From Coleofasciculaceae cyanobacterium CTOTU46601 (GTDB taxonomy: Bacteria; Cyanobacteriota; Cyanobacteriia; Cyanobacteriales; Coleofasciculaceae): a DNA stretch of 64,000 bases. Below, piece after piece: positions 19,019-29,908 of the stretch. The stretch lies in contig DALYIW010000006.1 of NCBI GenBank assembly GCA_031970155.1, positions 5,527-69,526 of the forward strand, in the 5' to 3' direction. The translations under genes were made by a program, and so were the position numbers. Each line of letters opens with the position of its first letter. The stretch's first letter is position 1. Below the pieces are notes generated by a model, which ran no database searches, was not told the DNA's origin, and worked only from the letters and a program-made list of their open reading frames with translations.

Positions 19019-19051
19019 CAACAAAAACGCCCACCAAAATCGGCAGGCGTT
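19019..19051 (-). terminator. Probable rho-independent terminator after ndhE
   Basis: The minus strand reads AACGCCTGCC-GATTTT-GGTGGGCGTT followed by TTTGTTGG. Confidence 0.55.
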
Positions 19052-19099
19052 CGTAACTAAATCAAGCAGCAAAAATACGGAAGTTACTCTGCAAGGAAT

Positions 19100-19411
19100 T
19101 CACCACTTGAGGAGATTAAACTGCTCCATATCTACCGTCTCGCGGTTGCGGTAAATCGAAAGCACAATCGCTAAACCCACTGCGGCCTCAGCTGCTGCCA
19201 CAGTAATGACAAACACAGTAAAAACCTGACCTTTAATCTCTTGTGGGTCTATAAAGTTAGAGAACCCCATTAAATTCAGGTTAACAGCATTCAGCAGTAA
19301 CTCAATTGACATCAGTACTCGAACAGCATTACGACTGGTAATCAAGCCATAAATGCCAATACAGAACAAAGCAGCACCTAAAAGTAAGAAGTATTGGAGG
19401 TGGAGTTGCAT
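19100..19411 (-). CDS. ndhE: NAD(P)H-quinone oxidoreductase subunit 4L (NDH-1 NdhE)
   Basis: It is 103 aa with three TM helices, sits in an ndh operon, and shows sequence typical of NuoK/NdhE. Confidence 0.9.
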   Translation of the reverse strand: MQLHLQYFLLLGAALFCIGIYGLITSRNAVRVLMSIELLLNAVNLNLMGFSNFIDPQEIKGQVFTVFVITVAAAEAAVGLAIVLSIYRNRETVDMEQFNLLKW

Positions 19412-19449
19412 GAGTCTTCTAAGTTATCAACAGAATTTTAGACAGTTCC

Positions 19450-20073
19450 TTAACGTGCTTTGGGAGTCGCACCAGCAGTAGACACCAATTCACGAGGACG
19501 TTCTGGCAAAGTTGAAGCGGTTATCGAGCCAACATCCCGAGGAATCAACTCTTCTGGAATGTAATCCCGACGCGCCAGGATAATAGCACCCACCATCGCC
19601 ATCAACAATAGAACAGAAGCTAGCTCAAACGGCAGCAAAAAGTCACTGAAGAAATGCTTACCAATCTCCACAACAGAATTAGTACCTACGACAGCAGGTC
19701 CTGTATAAAGAGACCAGGGTGTCGCTAGCACCATTGTGCTGAGAAGCGCAAACAAACCCAGACAAACTAGTGCTGTTGACCCTTGACGAATCCAACGATT
19801 AGCAATTGGGGAAAAATCCTCTCGCTTGTTCACCAGCATGATGGCAAACAAAATCAGGACGTTGACTGCCCCTACATAAATCAATACTTGCGCTGCTGCC
19901 ACAAAGTCAGCATTTAGCAACAGGTATAAACCGGCAATGCTGATAAAGACACCACCTAGTAAAAAAGCTGAATAGACGATGTTTGTAAGTAGGACGACTC
20001 CCAAAGCCGACCCAATCATCATCACAGACAGTATGCCAAATGAAACAAGCTGAACCCCTTCGGCTAGATTCAC
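19450..20073 (-). CDS. ndhG: NAD(P)H-quinone oxidoreductase subunit 6 (NdhG)
   Basis: A membrane protein in the conserved position between ndhI and ndhE. Confidence 0.88.
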   Translation of the reverse strand: MNLAEGVQLVSFGILSVMMIGSALGVVLLTNIVYSAFLLGGVFISIAGLYLLLNADFVAAAQVLIYVGAVNVLILFAIMLVNKREDFSPIANRWIRQGSTALVCLGLFALLSTMVLATPWSLYTGPAVVGTNSVVEIGKHFFSDFLLPFELASVLLLMAMVGAIILARRDYIPEELIPRDVGSITASTLPERPRELVSTAGATPKAR

Positions 20074-20285
20074 AATTACTTAATCTCCTTGCAATGTATT
20101 TCTGGATTTCAGCCCCTCTAGTTTCCTCCTTACTCATCACCCTTACTAAGGGGAGTTAGGAGGCTTTGTGCTTACGTCCTCTATTAGCCATCAGCTTATT
20201 GTCCATGGTCTGCTGCTCATAGAGCAATTACACATCCAGCAGCTACTCAGCGATAAGCTGACAGCTTGGGGCTGATAGCTAAGTA

Positions 20286-20894
20286 TTACTTTTTAGGGGC
20301 TTCTTCTGCCTTCGGTGCCATCTGCTTGGCAAGTTCCTCAGGACGCAAACCAGGACGCTTAGACCCAACTGGCAAATCATGCGGGTCTAGGACACCCTTT
20401 GGCAGGTACGCCAGTTCGCGTAAAGGAGTTACCATGGGGTCATCTGTCACTTTATACGGCAGTCGTCCTAGCGCCACGTTATCAAAGTTTAGTTCGTGGC
20501 GATCGTAGGTTGATAGCTCGTACTCTTCCGTTGCAGATAGACAGTTGGTGGGGCAGAATTCGATACAGTTAGCACAGAAAATACAAACCCCGAAGTCGAT
20601 GCTGTAGTGATTGAGCTTTTTCTTTTTACTCGCTTTATCAAACTCCCAATCAACCACGGGCAAGTTAATCGGACAAACCCGAACACAGACTTCACAGGCA
20701 ATACACTTATCAAACTCAAAGTGAATCCGACCCCGATACCGTTCAGAAGGGATTAGTTTTTCGTAAGGGTACTGGACTGTCACAGGACGCCGTTGCATGT
20801 GGTCAAAGGTAACAGCTAGGCCTTGACCAATATAGCGGGCGGCTTGAACGGTTTCTTTGGCGTAGTCGCCGACTTGTTTTAGGAACTTCAGCAT
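20286..20894 (-). CDS. ndhI: NAD(P)H-quinone oxidoreductase subunit I (NdhI), 2x[4Fe-4S]
   Basis: The cluster motifs are [12 protein letters not shown] and [12 protein letters not shown]. Confidence 0.93.
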   Translation of the reverse strand: MLKFLKQVGDYAKETVQAARYIGQGLAVTFDHMQRRPVTVQYPYEKLIPSERYRGRIHFEFDKCIACEVCVRVCPINLPVVDWEFDKASKKKKLNHYSIDFGVCIFCANCIEFCPTNCLSATEEYELSTYDRHELNFDNVALGRLPYKVTDDPMVTPLRELAYLPKGVLDPHDLPVGSKRPGLRPEELAKQMAPKAEEAPKK

Positions 20895-20918
20895 GGCGTA
20901 TGTGTCTCTCTCATCTCA

Positions 20919-20989
20919 ATTTTGGATTTTGGATACTGGAGTTTAGATTGGAGAACTCACCCAAAATCTAAAATCTAAAATCTAAAATC
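20919..20989. repeat. Inverted heptamer arrays (GATTTTR / YAAAATC) in the ndhA-ndhI spacer
   Basis: attttggattttggata faces aaaatctaaaatctaaaatctaaaatc. Confidence 0.75.
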
Positions 20990-20992
20990 GTT

Positions 20993-22111
20993 TTAACCAC
21001 CAAAGGCAAAAGGAAATGCTAGTTTTAGCGCGGCAGTCAGTAGTAGATTGACAAGTCCGATTGGGAGTAGGAATTTCCATCCCAAATTGAGTAGCTGGTC
21101 AATACGAACGCGGGGCAGTGTCCAACGCAGCAGAATCGCAATAAACACCAAGAAGTAAGCCTTGAGCAAAGTCATGCTAATCCCCAACGCTGCCGTGATT
21201 ACCTGCAACAAGGAACTTGTTTCGCTGACGTTGAGCCAGTTGGCTAACTTATCAAGGGGAATGGGAGATTCCCAGCCACCTAGGTAGAGTACAGCAAATA
21301 ACAGGGCAGAAAGAACGAGGTTCACGTAGGAACCGATATAAAACAGACCAAATTTCATACCAGCATATTCAGTCTGATAACCAGCCACCAATTCCTCTTC
21401 TGCTTCCGGAAGGTCAAAGGGCAGGCGTTCGCATTCTGCTAAAGCGGCAATCCAAAAGATGATGAAGCCTAGTGGCTGACGCCAGATATTCCAGCCAAGA
21501 ATGCCGTAGCCCGATTGCTGCTCAACAATGTCGATGGTGCTAAGGCTGTTGGACATCATGACAACGGCGAGTATCGCCAGTGCCAGAGGAATTTCATAGC
21601 TAATTGACTGCGCTGCTGCTCTCAATCCACCTAGTAGTGAGTACTTATTGTTGGATGCATAACCCGACATCAGTAAGCCAATCGGCGCGACGCTAGACAA
21701 GGCAACCCACAAAAAGATGCCAATGTTAACGTCTGTAATTACCAGGTTCTGTCCAAAGGGTACAATCAAGTACGACAGAAACACAGGGATGACAACGATG
21801 ATGGGTCCGAGTGTGAAGAGCCATCGATCAGCCTTAGCTGGGACAATATCTTCTTTGAAAACTAGCTTCAGACCGTCTGCTACTGGCTGGAGAACACCTA
21901 GAGGCCCTGCGTATTCCGGGCCAATCCGCTGTTGAGCGGCAGCAGAAATTTTCCGTTCTAGCCAGACGAGGACAAGGACACCTACAGTAGCACCGATAAT
22001 CATCAGGAACATCGGTAGGGGCATCCAAATGGCTTTGGCAGCACCAGGGGGGATGCCCAAATCTCTGAGTGATTGGATAAAAGTTCCTTGGAGGTCAATT
22101 CCTGGATTCAT
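20993..22111 (-). CDS. ndhA: NAD(P)H-quinone oxidoreductase subunit 1 (NdhA)
   Basis: A NuoH/NdhA-type protein of 372 aa with multiple TM helices. It contains the ERK(I/L)[11 protein letters not shown] motif. Confidence 0.93.
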   Translation of the reverse strand: MNPGIDLQGTFIQSLRDLGIPPGAAKAIWMPLPMFLMIIGATVGVLVLVWLERKISAAAQQRIGPEYAGPLGVLQPVADGLKLVFKEDIVPAKADRWLFTLGPIIVVIPVFLSYLIVPFGQNLVITDVNIGIFLWVALSSVAPIGLLMSGYASNNKYSLLGGLRAAAQSISYEIPLALAILAVVMMSNSLSTIDIVEQQSGYGILGWNIWRQPLGFIIFWIAALAECERLPFDLPEAEEELVAGYQTEYAGMKFGLFYIGSYVNLVLSALLFAVLYLGGWESPIPLDKLANWLNVSETSSLLQVITAALGISMTLLKAYFLVFIAILLRWTLPRVRIDQLLNLGWKFLLPIGLVNLLLTAALKLAFPFAFGG

Positions 22112-22536
22112 GTTTTCTCATACAAGTAATTCCTGAGGCAATTCGATATAGCTGGTATCGAATTTGTCTATCAGTTTGTTTGTGAAGATTTTTTTAGAGC
22201 CTCATTGCTTAGTATATCGTTGCTTGGTTATCCGCCCCGCAAGGAACCTGAGAATTTATGCTTATCACGACGGTTAGTTTTTCTTGTTACTTCTTATAAG
22301 TTGCGTTAGCGAAGCTTGCCGCTAGGCATCGCATCTATAGCATCCATAGTGATTCCTGATGCTCATTCAACTCAACGTTGAACTGCTGGCACTCCAAAAT
22401 CCAACAGTTCTTCGCTAAATTCTTCGTAATCAAAAAAATTGGGAAATCTTTTGGGTTTGATGCCAAAAAACTTCCCGCTATTTCTCCCTAAGCTACCGCG
22501 TTATCAATGACCTCTTAAGCCACAAGATACCGACAA

Positions 22537-23673
22537 CTAACGTTTTTCGATGGGGACGTAGTGGACGCCGTGGGAACCTGTATAAATTTGAGTCGGGCGG
22601 AAAATGCGGTTGGCTTCCAGCTGTTCTTTCCAGTGTGCTAGCCAACCTGCCACACGAGCGATCGCAAACACTGGTGTAAACAAGTCAGTTGGAATCCCTA
22701 ATTTCCGGTAAACTAGCCCAGAATAATAGTCTACATTGGGGTAAATTCCTTTCTGACCAAGCTTTTCCTCTACTGCCCGTTCCAACTCCAATGCAATGTT
22801 GTAGTATTCGTCATAACCAAACTTCTCAAACAGTTGCTCCGCCAAGTTTTGCAGAATCGTTGCGCGCGGGTCTTTCACCTTGTAAACTCGGTGACCAAAG
22901 CCCATAATTTTGGCTTTTCGCTGGATGCAGTCCTCCAGGTAAGGGCGGACATTCTCCACCGAACCAATTTCTTCTAACATATCGATCACTTCTTCATTCG
23001 CCCCACCATGCAAGGGGCCCGCCAGGGTACCCACGGCTGAAGCGACTACCGCATAAGGGTCAGTCAGCGTGGAGGCTGTAACCATTGCTGAGAAAGTAGA
23101 GGCGTTCATGGTATGTTCGGCGTGAAGCGTCAAACAGACATCAAAGACATGAGCAGCGAGAGGATCAGGTTTCCGCTCGGTTAGCATGTACAAAAAGTTT
23201 GATGAGTAGTCTAAGTCATCGTTTGGCTGTACTGGGTCGTTACCTTTACGCATCAGCTGGAACGCTGCCACCATTGTCGGTATTTTGGCCAACAAGCGAA
23301 CCACGGCTTCCCGAATGTAGGCAGGGTTATCTAACGCCCTTTTAGAGTAAAAAAGACCTAGTGCAGCCGCCGAGGCTTGCAAGGCATCCATTGGGTGACC
23401 CGTTTCTGGGAAGCACTTCATCATGTCCCGAATCCGGTACTTGATGCGCCGACGGCGGCGAATTTCTTTTTCAAAGTCGGCGAGTTCGTCCTTAGTCGGT
23501 AACTCACCCCAGATCAGTAGATACGATGTTTCCAGAAAGGTACTTTTTGAGGCGAGTTCTTCGATGCGAATGCCACGATACTCCAGTATTCCCTGTTGTC
23601 CATCAACATGGCTGATACTGGATTGGGCAGCGGGAATACCTTCTAAACCTGGCTTGTACTCGCAGACAGTCAT
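22537..23673 (-). CDS. gltA: Citrate synthase
   Basis: The motifs are GFGHRVYK and HAEH. The start is set at Met43 of the track ORF (MTVCEYKPGLEGI), ATG at 23671-23673. Confidence 0.9.
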   Translation of the reverse strand: MTVCEYKPGLEGIPAAQSSISHVDGQQGILEYRGIRIEELASKSTFLETSYLLIWGELPTKDELADFEKEIRRRRRIKYRIRDMMKCFPETGHPMDALQASAAALGLFYSKRALDNPAYIREAVVRLLAKIPTMVAAFQLMRKGNDPVQPNDDLDYSSNFLYMLTERKPDPLAAHVFDVCLTLHAEHTMNASTFSAMVTASTLTDPYAVVASAVGTLAGPLHGGANEEVIDMLEEIGSVENVRPYLEDCIQRKAKIMGFGHRVYKVKDPRATILQNLAEQLFEKFGYDEYYNIALELERAVEEKLGQKGIYPNVDYYSGLVYRKLGIPTDLFTPVFAIARVAGWLAHWKEQLEANRIFRPTQIYTGSHGVHYVPIEKR

Positions 23674-23974
23674 AAAAATCTCCGGGAAGTCTGGAAACCC
23701 ACTCTTTTTAGGGGTGGGAGGAAAGACGACTCGGCACCTACAAAGATGCCGGAAGAATAGTAATGAGTTGGGCTTGAAAGTAGCACTGAGGCAGGTCAAG
23801 TTATGGTTTGAGAGCTGTATCCCCTGCTTAGCGGAGAACAGTTCTCTTACGTGCCCTTGGATAAGGGCTTTCGGTTCTTGACGTTGCTACCGGATAAGTT
23901 TGAAACGTTATCAGGCTAACTTACCAGCAACTTCTATATTAGTCATCCCTGCTACAAATAACATTACATCCTGG

Positions 23975-24472
23975 TCATAGCAACCACTTGGGTGAGATTA
24001 GCAAAAACAGTTCGCTATGACCGATGGGTATCTTGGTTTCTGGAATGTTTAAGCCGATTACTCCCGCTTTTTTGAGGACGAGTTTTTCTTTTGCTTCTCC
24101 CCATACTAAAGTTTCTGCCCAATTTCCCAAATCTGGTTGATGACCGACTAGAGCTATACATCGGTCACTCTTAGCATTTTGTTGCCATTCTTGTAGCCAG
24201 CTGACCCAAGTGTTGATATCACCATCGGGAGCTAGACTGGTAAACTCTTCAACCTGGGAACTGAGACCGACATCTTGGAGGATGGCGGCAGTTTCTTTTG
24301 CCCGTACCAGGGGACTAGACAAAATCAGGTCGAAATGCAAACCCTTCTGGCGAAGTTGTTTTGCTACTTTATCAGTTTTTTGACGCCCCTTATCTGTAAG
24401 CGGACGTTCTTCATCATTGGCGTAAGCCTCGCGATCAGCGGCGATGCCGTGGCGAATCAGATACAGTTCCAT
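23975..24472 (-). CDS. sixA: Phosphohistidine phosphatase SixA
   Basis: MELYLIRHGIA carries the RHG motif. The start is set at Met14 of the track ORF. Confidence 0.8.
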   Translation of the reverse strand: MELYLIRHGIAADREAYANDEERPLTDKGRQKTDKVAKQLRQKGLHFDLILSSPLVRAKETAAILQDVGLSSQVEEFTSLAPDGDINTWVSWLQEWQQNAKSDRCIALVGHQPDLGNWAETLVWGEAKEKLVLKKAGVIGLNIPETKIPIGHSELFLLISPKWLL

Positions 24473-24578
24473 GCCACCCTGACTTCTTAGAGAAGAGCCG
24501 ATACAAAGCAATTGAAAAGACTCTATTTTACTGGCTTCTGGCTAAAAAATTACCGATCTGTCAGCTCTCTCAATTCTT

Positions 24579-25892
24579 TTAGTCAGTATGAATCGGGTTG
24601 TCCTTGGGGTTAACCAACCGCAGGAGCTTTTGCTTGATTTGGATATCAAACACTTCCCATTTGAGCTTGGCATACTCAGCGTTGTCGTTAAAGCTGCTCA
24701 AAAACCCCATGGGAATTTCAAAGCCGCCGGCCATCATTCGTCCACCGCCAAAGAAGCGCCCCTGACTATCTTGACCGAAGGCTTCTTTAATGAATTCGTC
24801 GGGGTCGAGTGTGAGTTTGTTGGTTCTTAAGGAACCAATGACAACTTCTACTTCTTCATCTTCGTCGTGAACAATTCCATAAACTACAGCGGTGTGGACA
24901 TTTTCTTCGGTGACTAGAAAGTCAGCGGCTTGGGGAATGGCATCTCGATCTTCGTAGCGGAGGTAGCCCACACCAGCGATCGAGAAGTTGTTTTGCACGA
25001 CGCGATTTTTGAGCGATCGCTCAATGATATCCATCACTCGACGCGATCGCGCCGTTTGAAGTACAGCATTGAGCAGTTGAGAGTCGTAGAATCGACTGAG
25101 ATACCCAGCCGCTAAGAAATCTTCTTCCTGCGCCTGCATCAGCCGATTGGTATCTGATCGCAGACCATGCATCAATGCTGTAGCGCACTTCACATGTTCG
25201 CTGATGCCGCTGTCTAGCTTCAATAACCCAGCCTGAATGTACTGGGTTAATATTGTTGCCGTGGCTCTCGCGTGAGGGCGAAGGTCAGCAAATTCTGACT
25301 TTAAGTTTCCTTGAGCGCTGTGATGGTCAATAACCACCAACAACGGGATATTTGCCTGCTTCACCAAGGGCATCAATTGGCTGGTTGTCCCTTGATTATC
25401 AATCAGAACACAGCCCTGGTATACAGATAAATCTCGATCTTTTAGAGTCTGGACACCCCATCGTTTAGCGGGTAAGTTGGTCAACTTGACCAGTGCGATA
25501 TTTTCCTGGTGAGACAGGGTACCAGCATAAACAATGTCACATTGGATATCGTACTGCTGAGCTATGAGTTGGTAAGCCCAAGCACTAGAAAGGGCATCTG
25601 GATCGGGGAAATCTTGTATGACTATGAGCTGACGCTGACTGCGGTGACGCTCTAAACTTTGTCGTAGCTCTCCTATCTTGGGATCGGGTGAGGATTCCAG
25701 CCATCGTTTCTCGCGGTAATTGCCGATGCTGTTAGCGGTCTTTTTGATAGATGACTCCATCAGTTGAGATTCAACGGCGTCTGTTTCTGAGCTTGACCCA
25801 GCATTAGGAAATGAATTTTCGAGAGGCGTGAGCGAGTTCGATGGCATGTTAGGTTGTGGTATAGTAAGCGATGCTCTGGCTATTTTCCGCAC
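24579..25892 (-). CDS. DHH/DHHA1-family phosphoesterase (NrnA-like)
   Basis: The motifs are DPDALSSAWA, VVIDHHS and GGGRMMAGGF. The start is uncertain and Met16 is possible. Confidence 0.75.
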   Translation of the reverse strand: MRKIARASLTIPQPNMPSNSLTPLENSFPNAGSSSETDAVESQLMESSIKKTANSIGNYREKRWLESSPDPKIGELRQSLERHRSQRQLIVIQDFPDPDALSSAWAYQLIAQQYDIQCDIVYAGTLSHQENIALVKLTNLPAKRWGVQTLKDRDLSVYQGCVLIDNQGTTSQLMPLVKQANIPLLVVIDHHSAQGNLKSEFADLRPHARATATILTQYIQAGLLKLDSGISEHVKCATALMHGLRSDTNRLMQAQEEDFLAAGYLSRFYDSQLLNAVLQTARSRRVMDIIERSLKNRVVQNNFSIAGVGYLRYEDRDAIPQAADFLVTEENVHTAVVYGIVHDEDEEVEVVIGSLRTNKLTLDPDEFIKEAFGQDSQGRFFGGGRMMAGGFEIPMGFLSSFNDNAEYAKLKWEVFDIQIKQKLLRLVNPKDNPIHTD

Positions 25893-26069
25893 TAATCGAC
25901 ATTTTGAATGGCAGTTAGCTAGAAATTAAATTCGCGATCAACTCACCTTCTATTTTCCCCAAACAATCCATCATCCATATACGGCCGATTGGCCGAATTT
26001 TCCGGCTATTACTAGACGGTCAAGGTAAAAATGTCTCAGTAAATCTACTCAATAGCGATCGCATAAGTG

Positions 26070-26567
26070 TTAAATCCCAATCACATATTTTCGCCACTCC
26101 TGATGCAGTCCACCTTTAACGTGTTTAGCGACTTCAAAGTGAAGGCTACTGTAGGGTTTACGGGGTTGATGCCGCAACGTCATATTGGCTTCTTTGGGAG
26201 TGCGACTGCCTTTTTTGACATTGCAGCGCACACAGGCTGTGACGATGTTCTCCCACGAATCACCTCCATGACGAGAACGAGGAATCACATGATCTAACGT
26301 TAAGTCGTCTCCCGTATAACCACAGTATTGACAAGAGTGACCATCACGGTGGAGTATATTTCGTCTGGTCAGAGGAATTTCTTTATAGGGTACCCGCACG
26401 TAATGGCGCAATCGAATAACCGTAGGGAGGGGGAACTCTGAGTAGACGCATTTGCCGTTATGTTCAACCTGCTCCGCTTTCCCTTTGATCAACAAGACAA
26501 CCGCCCGTCGCCAATTAGTGATGTTGAGCGGTTCGTAGGAGGCGTTTAACACCAGAACCTTGCCCAT
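26070..26567 (-). CDS. HNH endonuclease
   Basis: The motif is CQYCGYTGDDLTLDHVIPRSRHGGDSWENIVTACVRCNVKKG. Confidence 0.88.
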   Translation of the reverse strand: MGKVLVLNASYEPLNITNWRRAVVLLIKGKAEQVEHNGKCVYSEFPLPTVIRLRHYVRVPYKEIPLTRRNILHRDGHSCQYCGYTGDDLTLDHVIPRSRHGGDSWENIVTACVRCNVKKGSRTPKEANMTLRHQPRKPYSSLHFEVAKHVKGGLHQEWRKYVIGI

Positions 26568-26764
26568 TTGTGATCTGAATTAAGAGAATAGTTTCCCAGA
26601 TAGTAACACAGGTCTCTCTTGCTCGGTTATGACTGATTGCTCATTAAGATAGTTGCCGGGTAAGCAACTTGAGGAGGGTGAACAGCATAAATTCAGCACG
26701 TACTCTATAGGTGGTGTTAATCGTTAAAGTTGAAACGCTACATGTAGAGTTTGGGTAGCTGATT

Positions 26765-28261
26765 TTAATCGTCCAATTTTCTGCCAGTGAGTAGATAAGT
26801 AATCATTTCTCCCTTCCCTTTGACTTGTAAAGGGTAGCGTTCTTCAAGTAGATACTGTTCTCGCAATCGCTCATAGGTAGCGGCTGTAACTTGAATGCGG
26901 CCAGGTATACCGTGGGATTCCATACGAGAGGCAGTATTCACCGTATCGCCCCACAGATCGTAGCTAAACTTTTTGATGCCTATGACACCTGCGACAACAG
27001 GGCCACTGTTGATGCCAATTCTGAGCCTAAAGGCATCACCTGTCTCGGCGTTGTACTTGGCAATTTCCGCTTGCATATCCAAGGCCATTTCAGCGATCGC
27101 TTGAGCATGATCTGGCCGAGGCGTTGGTAAACCAGCAACAACCATATAGGCATCGCCTATTGTCTTAATTTTCTCTACACCATGCCGCTGAGCCAGTCGG
27201 TCAAACTTCGAGAAAATGATATTCAGAATTTCCACGAGTTCCGTGGGAGATGTTAAGGCTGAAAATTTGGTAAAGTCAACCAGATCGGCAAACAGAACCG
27301 TTACTTCTTCAAAACTTTCTGCGATCGTACGATGACCCCGTTTCAAACGCTCTGCTACAGGTTGGGGCAAGATATTGAGCAGTAAGAGTTCCGCTTTTTT
27401 TCGGGCAACGCGCAGGGCTACCTCAGCCTGTCTGCGCTCTGTAATATCAGAAACGGTTCCCTCATAGTGGAGTACAGCGCCCGTGGCGTCTCTGACTGCA
27501 CGTATGTTCTCAGAAATCCAAATAACACTACCATCTTTACGATAAACCTGAGATTGAACGTCCGATAAGATATCCTCCTTCTCCAAAAGAGCCGCTAAAT
27601 CGTCACGGCGCATCGGTTCGACGTAGAGTTGCTGCCCAATATTAGTAATCTGATTCATCAGTTCTTCTGCATTGGAGTAGCCGAAGATTCGTGCTAAAGC
27701 GATATTAGCGGTAAGGTATCGTCCGCTAGGAGTCGCTTGGAAGATACCCTCGCTGGCATTTTCAAAGATCCCGCGATATTTTTCCTCGGCTTTTCGCAGT
27801 GAATCTGCTATTTTCTGTTTCTCCTCAATTTCTTGTTGCAGCTGTAAATTTTGCGCTTGTAGTTCCTTCTGTAAATTTCTGATGGTTAGGTGAGTGATAA
27901 CTCTGGCTTTCACTTCTTCCTGCTGTACAGGCTTGGTAACGTAGTCTACTGCTCCCAGATTGAATCCTTTAACTTTGTCTTCCGTATCAGAAAGCGCCGT
28001 CATAAAAATGACCGGAATGTCTTTGGTTGAATCCTGGGCTTTCAGGCGGCGGCATGTCTCAAATCCATCGATTCCCGGCATCATCACATCCAACAAGATG
28101 AGATCTGGACGGGCGTATTCCACCTTTTGAATAGCGCTTTCGCCATCCTGAGCTACCAGAACTCTAAACCCTGAATCGGTTAAAAAGTCGAACAGCACAC
28201 CCAGGTTAGTTGGGTTATCATCGACAATTACAATGACCCCTTTTTTATTTCCATCGCTCAT
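26765..28261 (-). CDS. Response regulator: REC - PAS - class III adenylate/guanylate cyclase
   Basis: The REC motifs are VIVDDNPTNL and LLDVMMPGIDGFETC. A PAS domain lies in the middle. The cyclase motifs are VTVLFADLVDFT, IKTIGDAYMVVAG and YDLWGDTVNTASRMES. Confidence 0.88.
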   Translation of the reverse strand: MSDGNKKGVIVIVDDNPTNLGVLFDFLTDSGFRVLVAQDGESAIQKVEYARPDLILLDVMMPGIDGFETCRRLKAQDSTKDIPVIFMTALSDTEDKVKGFNLGAVDYVTKPVQQEEVKARVITHLTIRNLQKELQAQNLQLQQEIEEKQKIADSLRKAEEKYRGIFENASEGIFQATPSGRYLTANIALARIFGYSNAEELMNQITNIGQQLYVEPMRRDDLAALLEKEDILSDVQSQVYRKDGSVIWISENIRAVRDATGAVLHYEGTVSDITERRQAEVALRVARKKAELLLLNILPQPVAERLKRGHRTIAESFEEVTVLFADLVDFTKFSALTSPTELVEILNIIFSKFDRLAQRHGVEKIKTIGDAYMVVAGLPTPRPDHAQAIAEMALDMQAEIAKYNAETGDAFRLRIGINSGPVVAGVIGIKKFSYDLWGDTVNTASRMESHGIPGRIQVTAATYERLREQYLLEERYPLQVKGKGEMITYLLTGRKLDD

Positions 28262-28567
28262 TTCAGTTGGTTTTATTGTCCGAAGGAATGAGTATAAGTA
28301 AGCGATCGCACATCGAGTTTCTAGTTGGGTAAGTTATTAATTACTATTGTCAAATTAAATATTGATTTAAAGTCAATTTTTTCATAAATTTATTCTCCAT
28401 TTTTTCTGACTAAGAACTAATAAATAATCTCAAGTTCGGCAAAATTGCTTCAAAGAAAAGTTTTCACTTCTTGTTAGTAGTCATACTAAGTTGCGTTCAA
28501 AGCTAGCATTTTCTCTGCCCCTGCCCCCCCGGCTCTTGCTATCTACTACGTTTGAATACAACTCATT

Positions 28568-28659
28568 CAGGACTTACGCAGAACCTCTACATGTAGGGTG
28601 GGCAGTGCCCACCCTACTACTAGCAGTAGCGTTTAAATCAGCAATTTGCGTAAGTCCTG
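28568..28659. mobile_element. Family-1 MITE, 92 bp, perfect 13-bp terminal inverted repeats
   Basis: The sequence is caggacttacgca...gtagggtgggcagtgcccaccctac...tgcgtaagtcctg. Confidence 0.85.
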
Positions 28660-28774
28660 TCATTATTAGTGGTTGGTTGCAAGTGACTGGGGAATGTATC
28701 TTTAACAACTTTCATGCCACAGCTACGTGAAAGCTGTGATCTGAGATCAGCAGACACACCAATGTAAGAAAACT

Positions 28775-29908
28775 TTATCCTGGAGCAAACGGTCGAGCAG
28801 GTTTTACAATAATGTCGCCGTGCTGAGTTACATCTCGTTTGGCAAGAGCGATCGCCTGATTGATATCGCCTCGGTGGATGCAACCACACAGCTTGATATT
28901 ATGGGCTAAACCCACAAAAACACAGCGATCGCGACCTGACCCTTTGGCCTGATAAAGTGCCTGATCGGCAGCAGCGATCAGTTCTTCAGGAGAGCCTTTA
29001 TGGCAGGGGACGGTACAAGAAATGCCCACACTGACAGTAACGTACTCACTGACTGGGGATAGGGGATGAGCGATCGCCAATGTTCTCAGTGACGACCGAA
29101 TTTCTTCTGCTACTTGGATAGCCCCTTCTCCATTTGTATTTGGTAGAATCACCGCAAATTCCTCTCCCCCATAACGAGCGACTAAATCAGCCGGACGCTT
29201 GACAGCACGCTTGATGGCTTGGGCAACCTGCTGCAAACATTCATCTCCTGCTTGATGACCTTTGCTGTCGTTGTAAAGCTTGAAACAATCTACATCACAC
29301 AATAACAAAGACAGTGGCATCTGCTCTCGAATCGAGATACGCCACGCTAGGCTCAAGCATTCATCAAATCGACGCCGATTAGCGATCTGCGTCAAACCAT
29401 CGATAGTTGCCAAGCGTTGCAGTTCTTGGTTAGCATCTTGCAGCGATGCTTCTGCCTGCTGGCGCTGCTTAATTTCTCGTTGCAGTTGGGCATTTTGCTT
29501 TTGGAGAGAGCGTTGTAGCTTCTGGATCGTCAGGTGAGTTGTCACACGAGCAAGAACTATTTCTTTCTGAATTGGCTTGATGATGTAGTCCACTGCCCCA
29601 AGCTGAAAACCTCTAACCACTACTGCTGTCTGGGAAAGTGCCGTCATAAAAATCACTGGGATGTCTTTAGTTAACTCATTGGCTTTCAAGCGGTGACACG
29701 TTTCAAACCCGTCAATTCCAGGCATGATGATGTCCAATAAAATGACATCTGGATAAGCAGATTGAACAGTCTGGAGGGCGCTTTCGCCATCCCTAGCCAA
29801 TAAGACTTCAAAGCTAGCATCAGTCAAATAATCAAACAGCCCCTGTAAATTTGTGGGGCTATCATCGACGATGAGGATTGTACCTTTGTCAGAATCTTCA
29901 ACACTCAT
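28775..29908 (-). CDS. Response regulator: REC - GGDEF diguanylate cyclase
   Basis: The REC motifs are ILIVDDSPTNL and LLDIIMPGIDGFETC. The GGDEF motif is RYGGEEFAVIL. Its start overlaps the upstream kinase stop by 4 nt (ATGA). Confidence 0.9.
   Translation of the reverse strand: MSVEDSDKGTILIVDDSPTNLQGLFDYLTDASFEVLLARDGESALQTVQSAYPDVILLDIIMPGIDGFETCHRLKANELTKDIPVIFMTALSQTAVVVRGFQLGAVDYIIKPIQKEIVLARVTTHLTIQKLQRSLQKQNAQLQREIKQRQQAEASLQDANQELQRLATIDGLTQIANRRRFDECLSLAWRISIREQMPLSLLLCDVDCFKLYNDSKGHQAGDECLQQVAQAIKRAVKRPADLVARYGGEEFAVILPNTNGEGAIQVAEEIRSSLRTLAIAHPLSPVSEYVTVSVGISCTVPCHKGSPEELIAAADQALYQAKGSGRDRCVFVGLAHNIKLCGCIHRGDINQAIALAKRDVTQHGDIIVKPARPFAPG

Noticed and set aside
26070-26567. HNH endonuclease as a possible defence or mobile-element gene.
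   Set aside because: To my knowledge this 165-aa HNH protein with this exact motif layout is a widely conserved single-copy cyanobacterial gene. It has no partner genes or element boundaries here.
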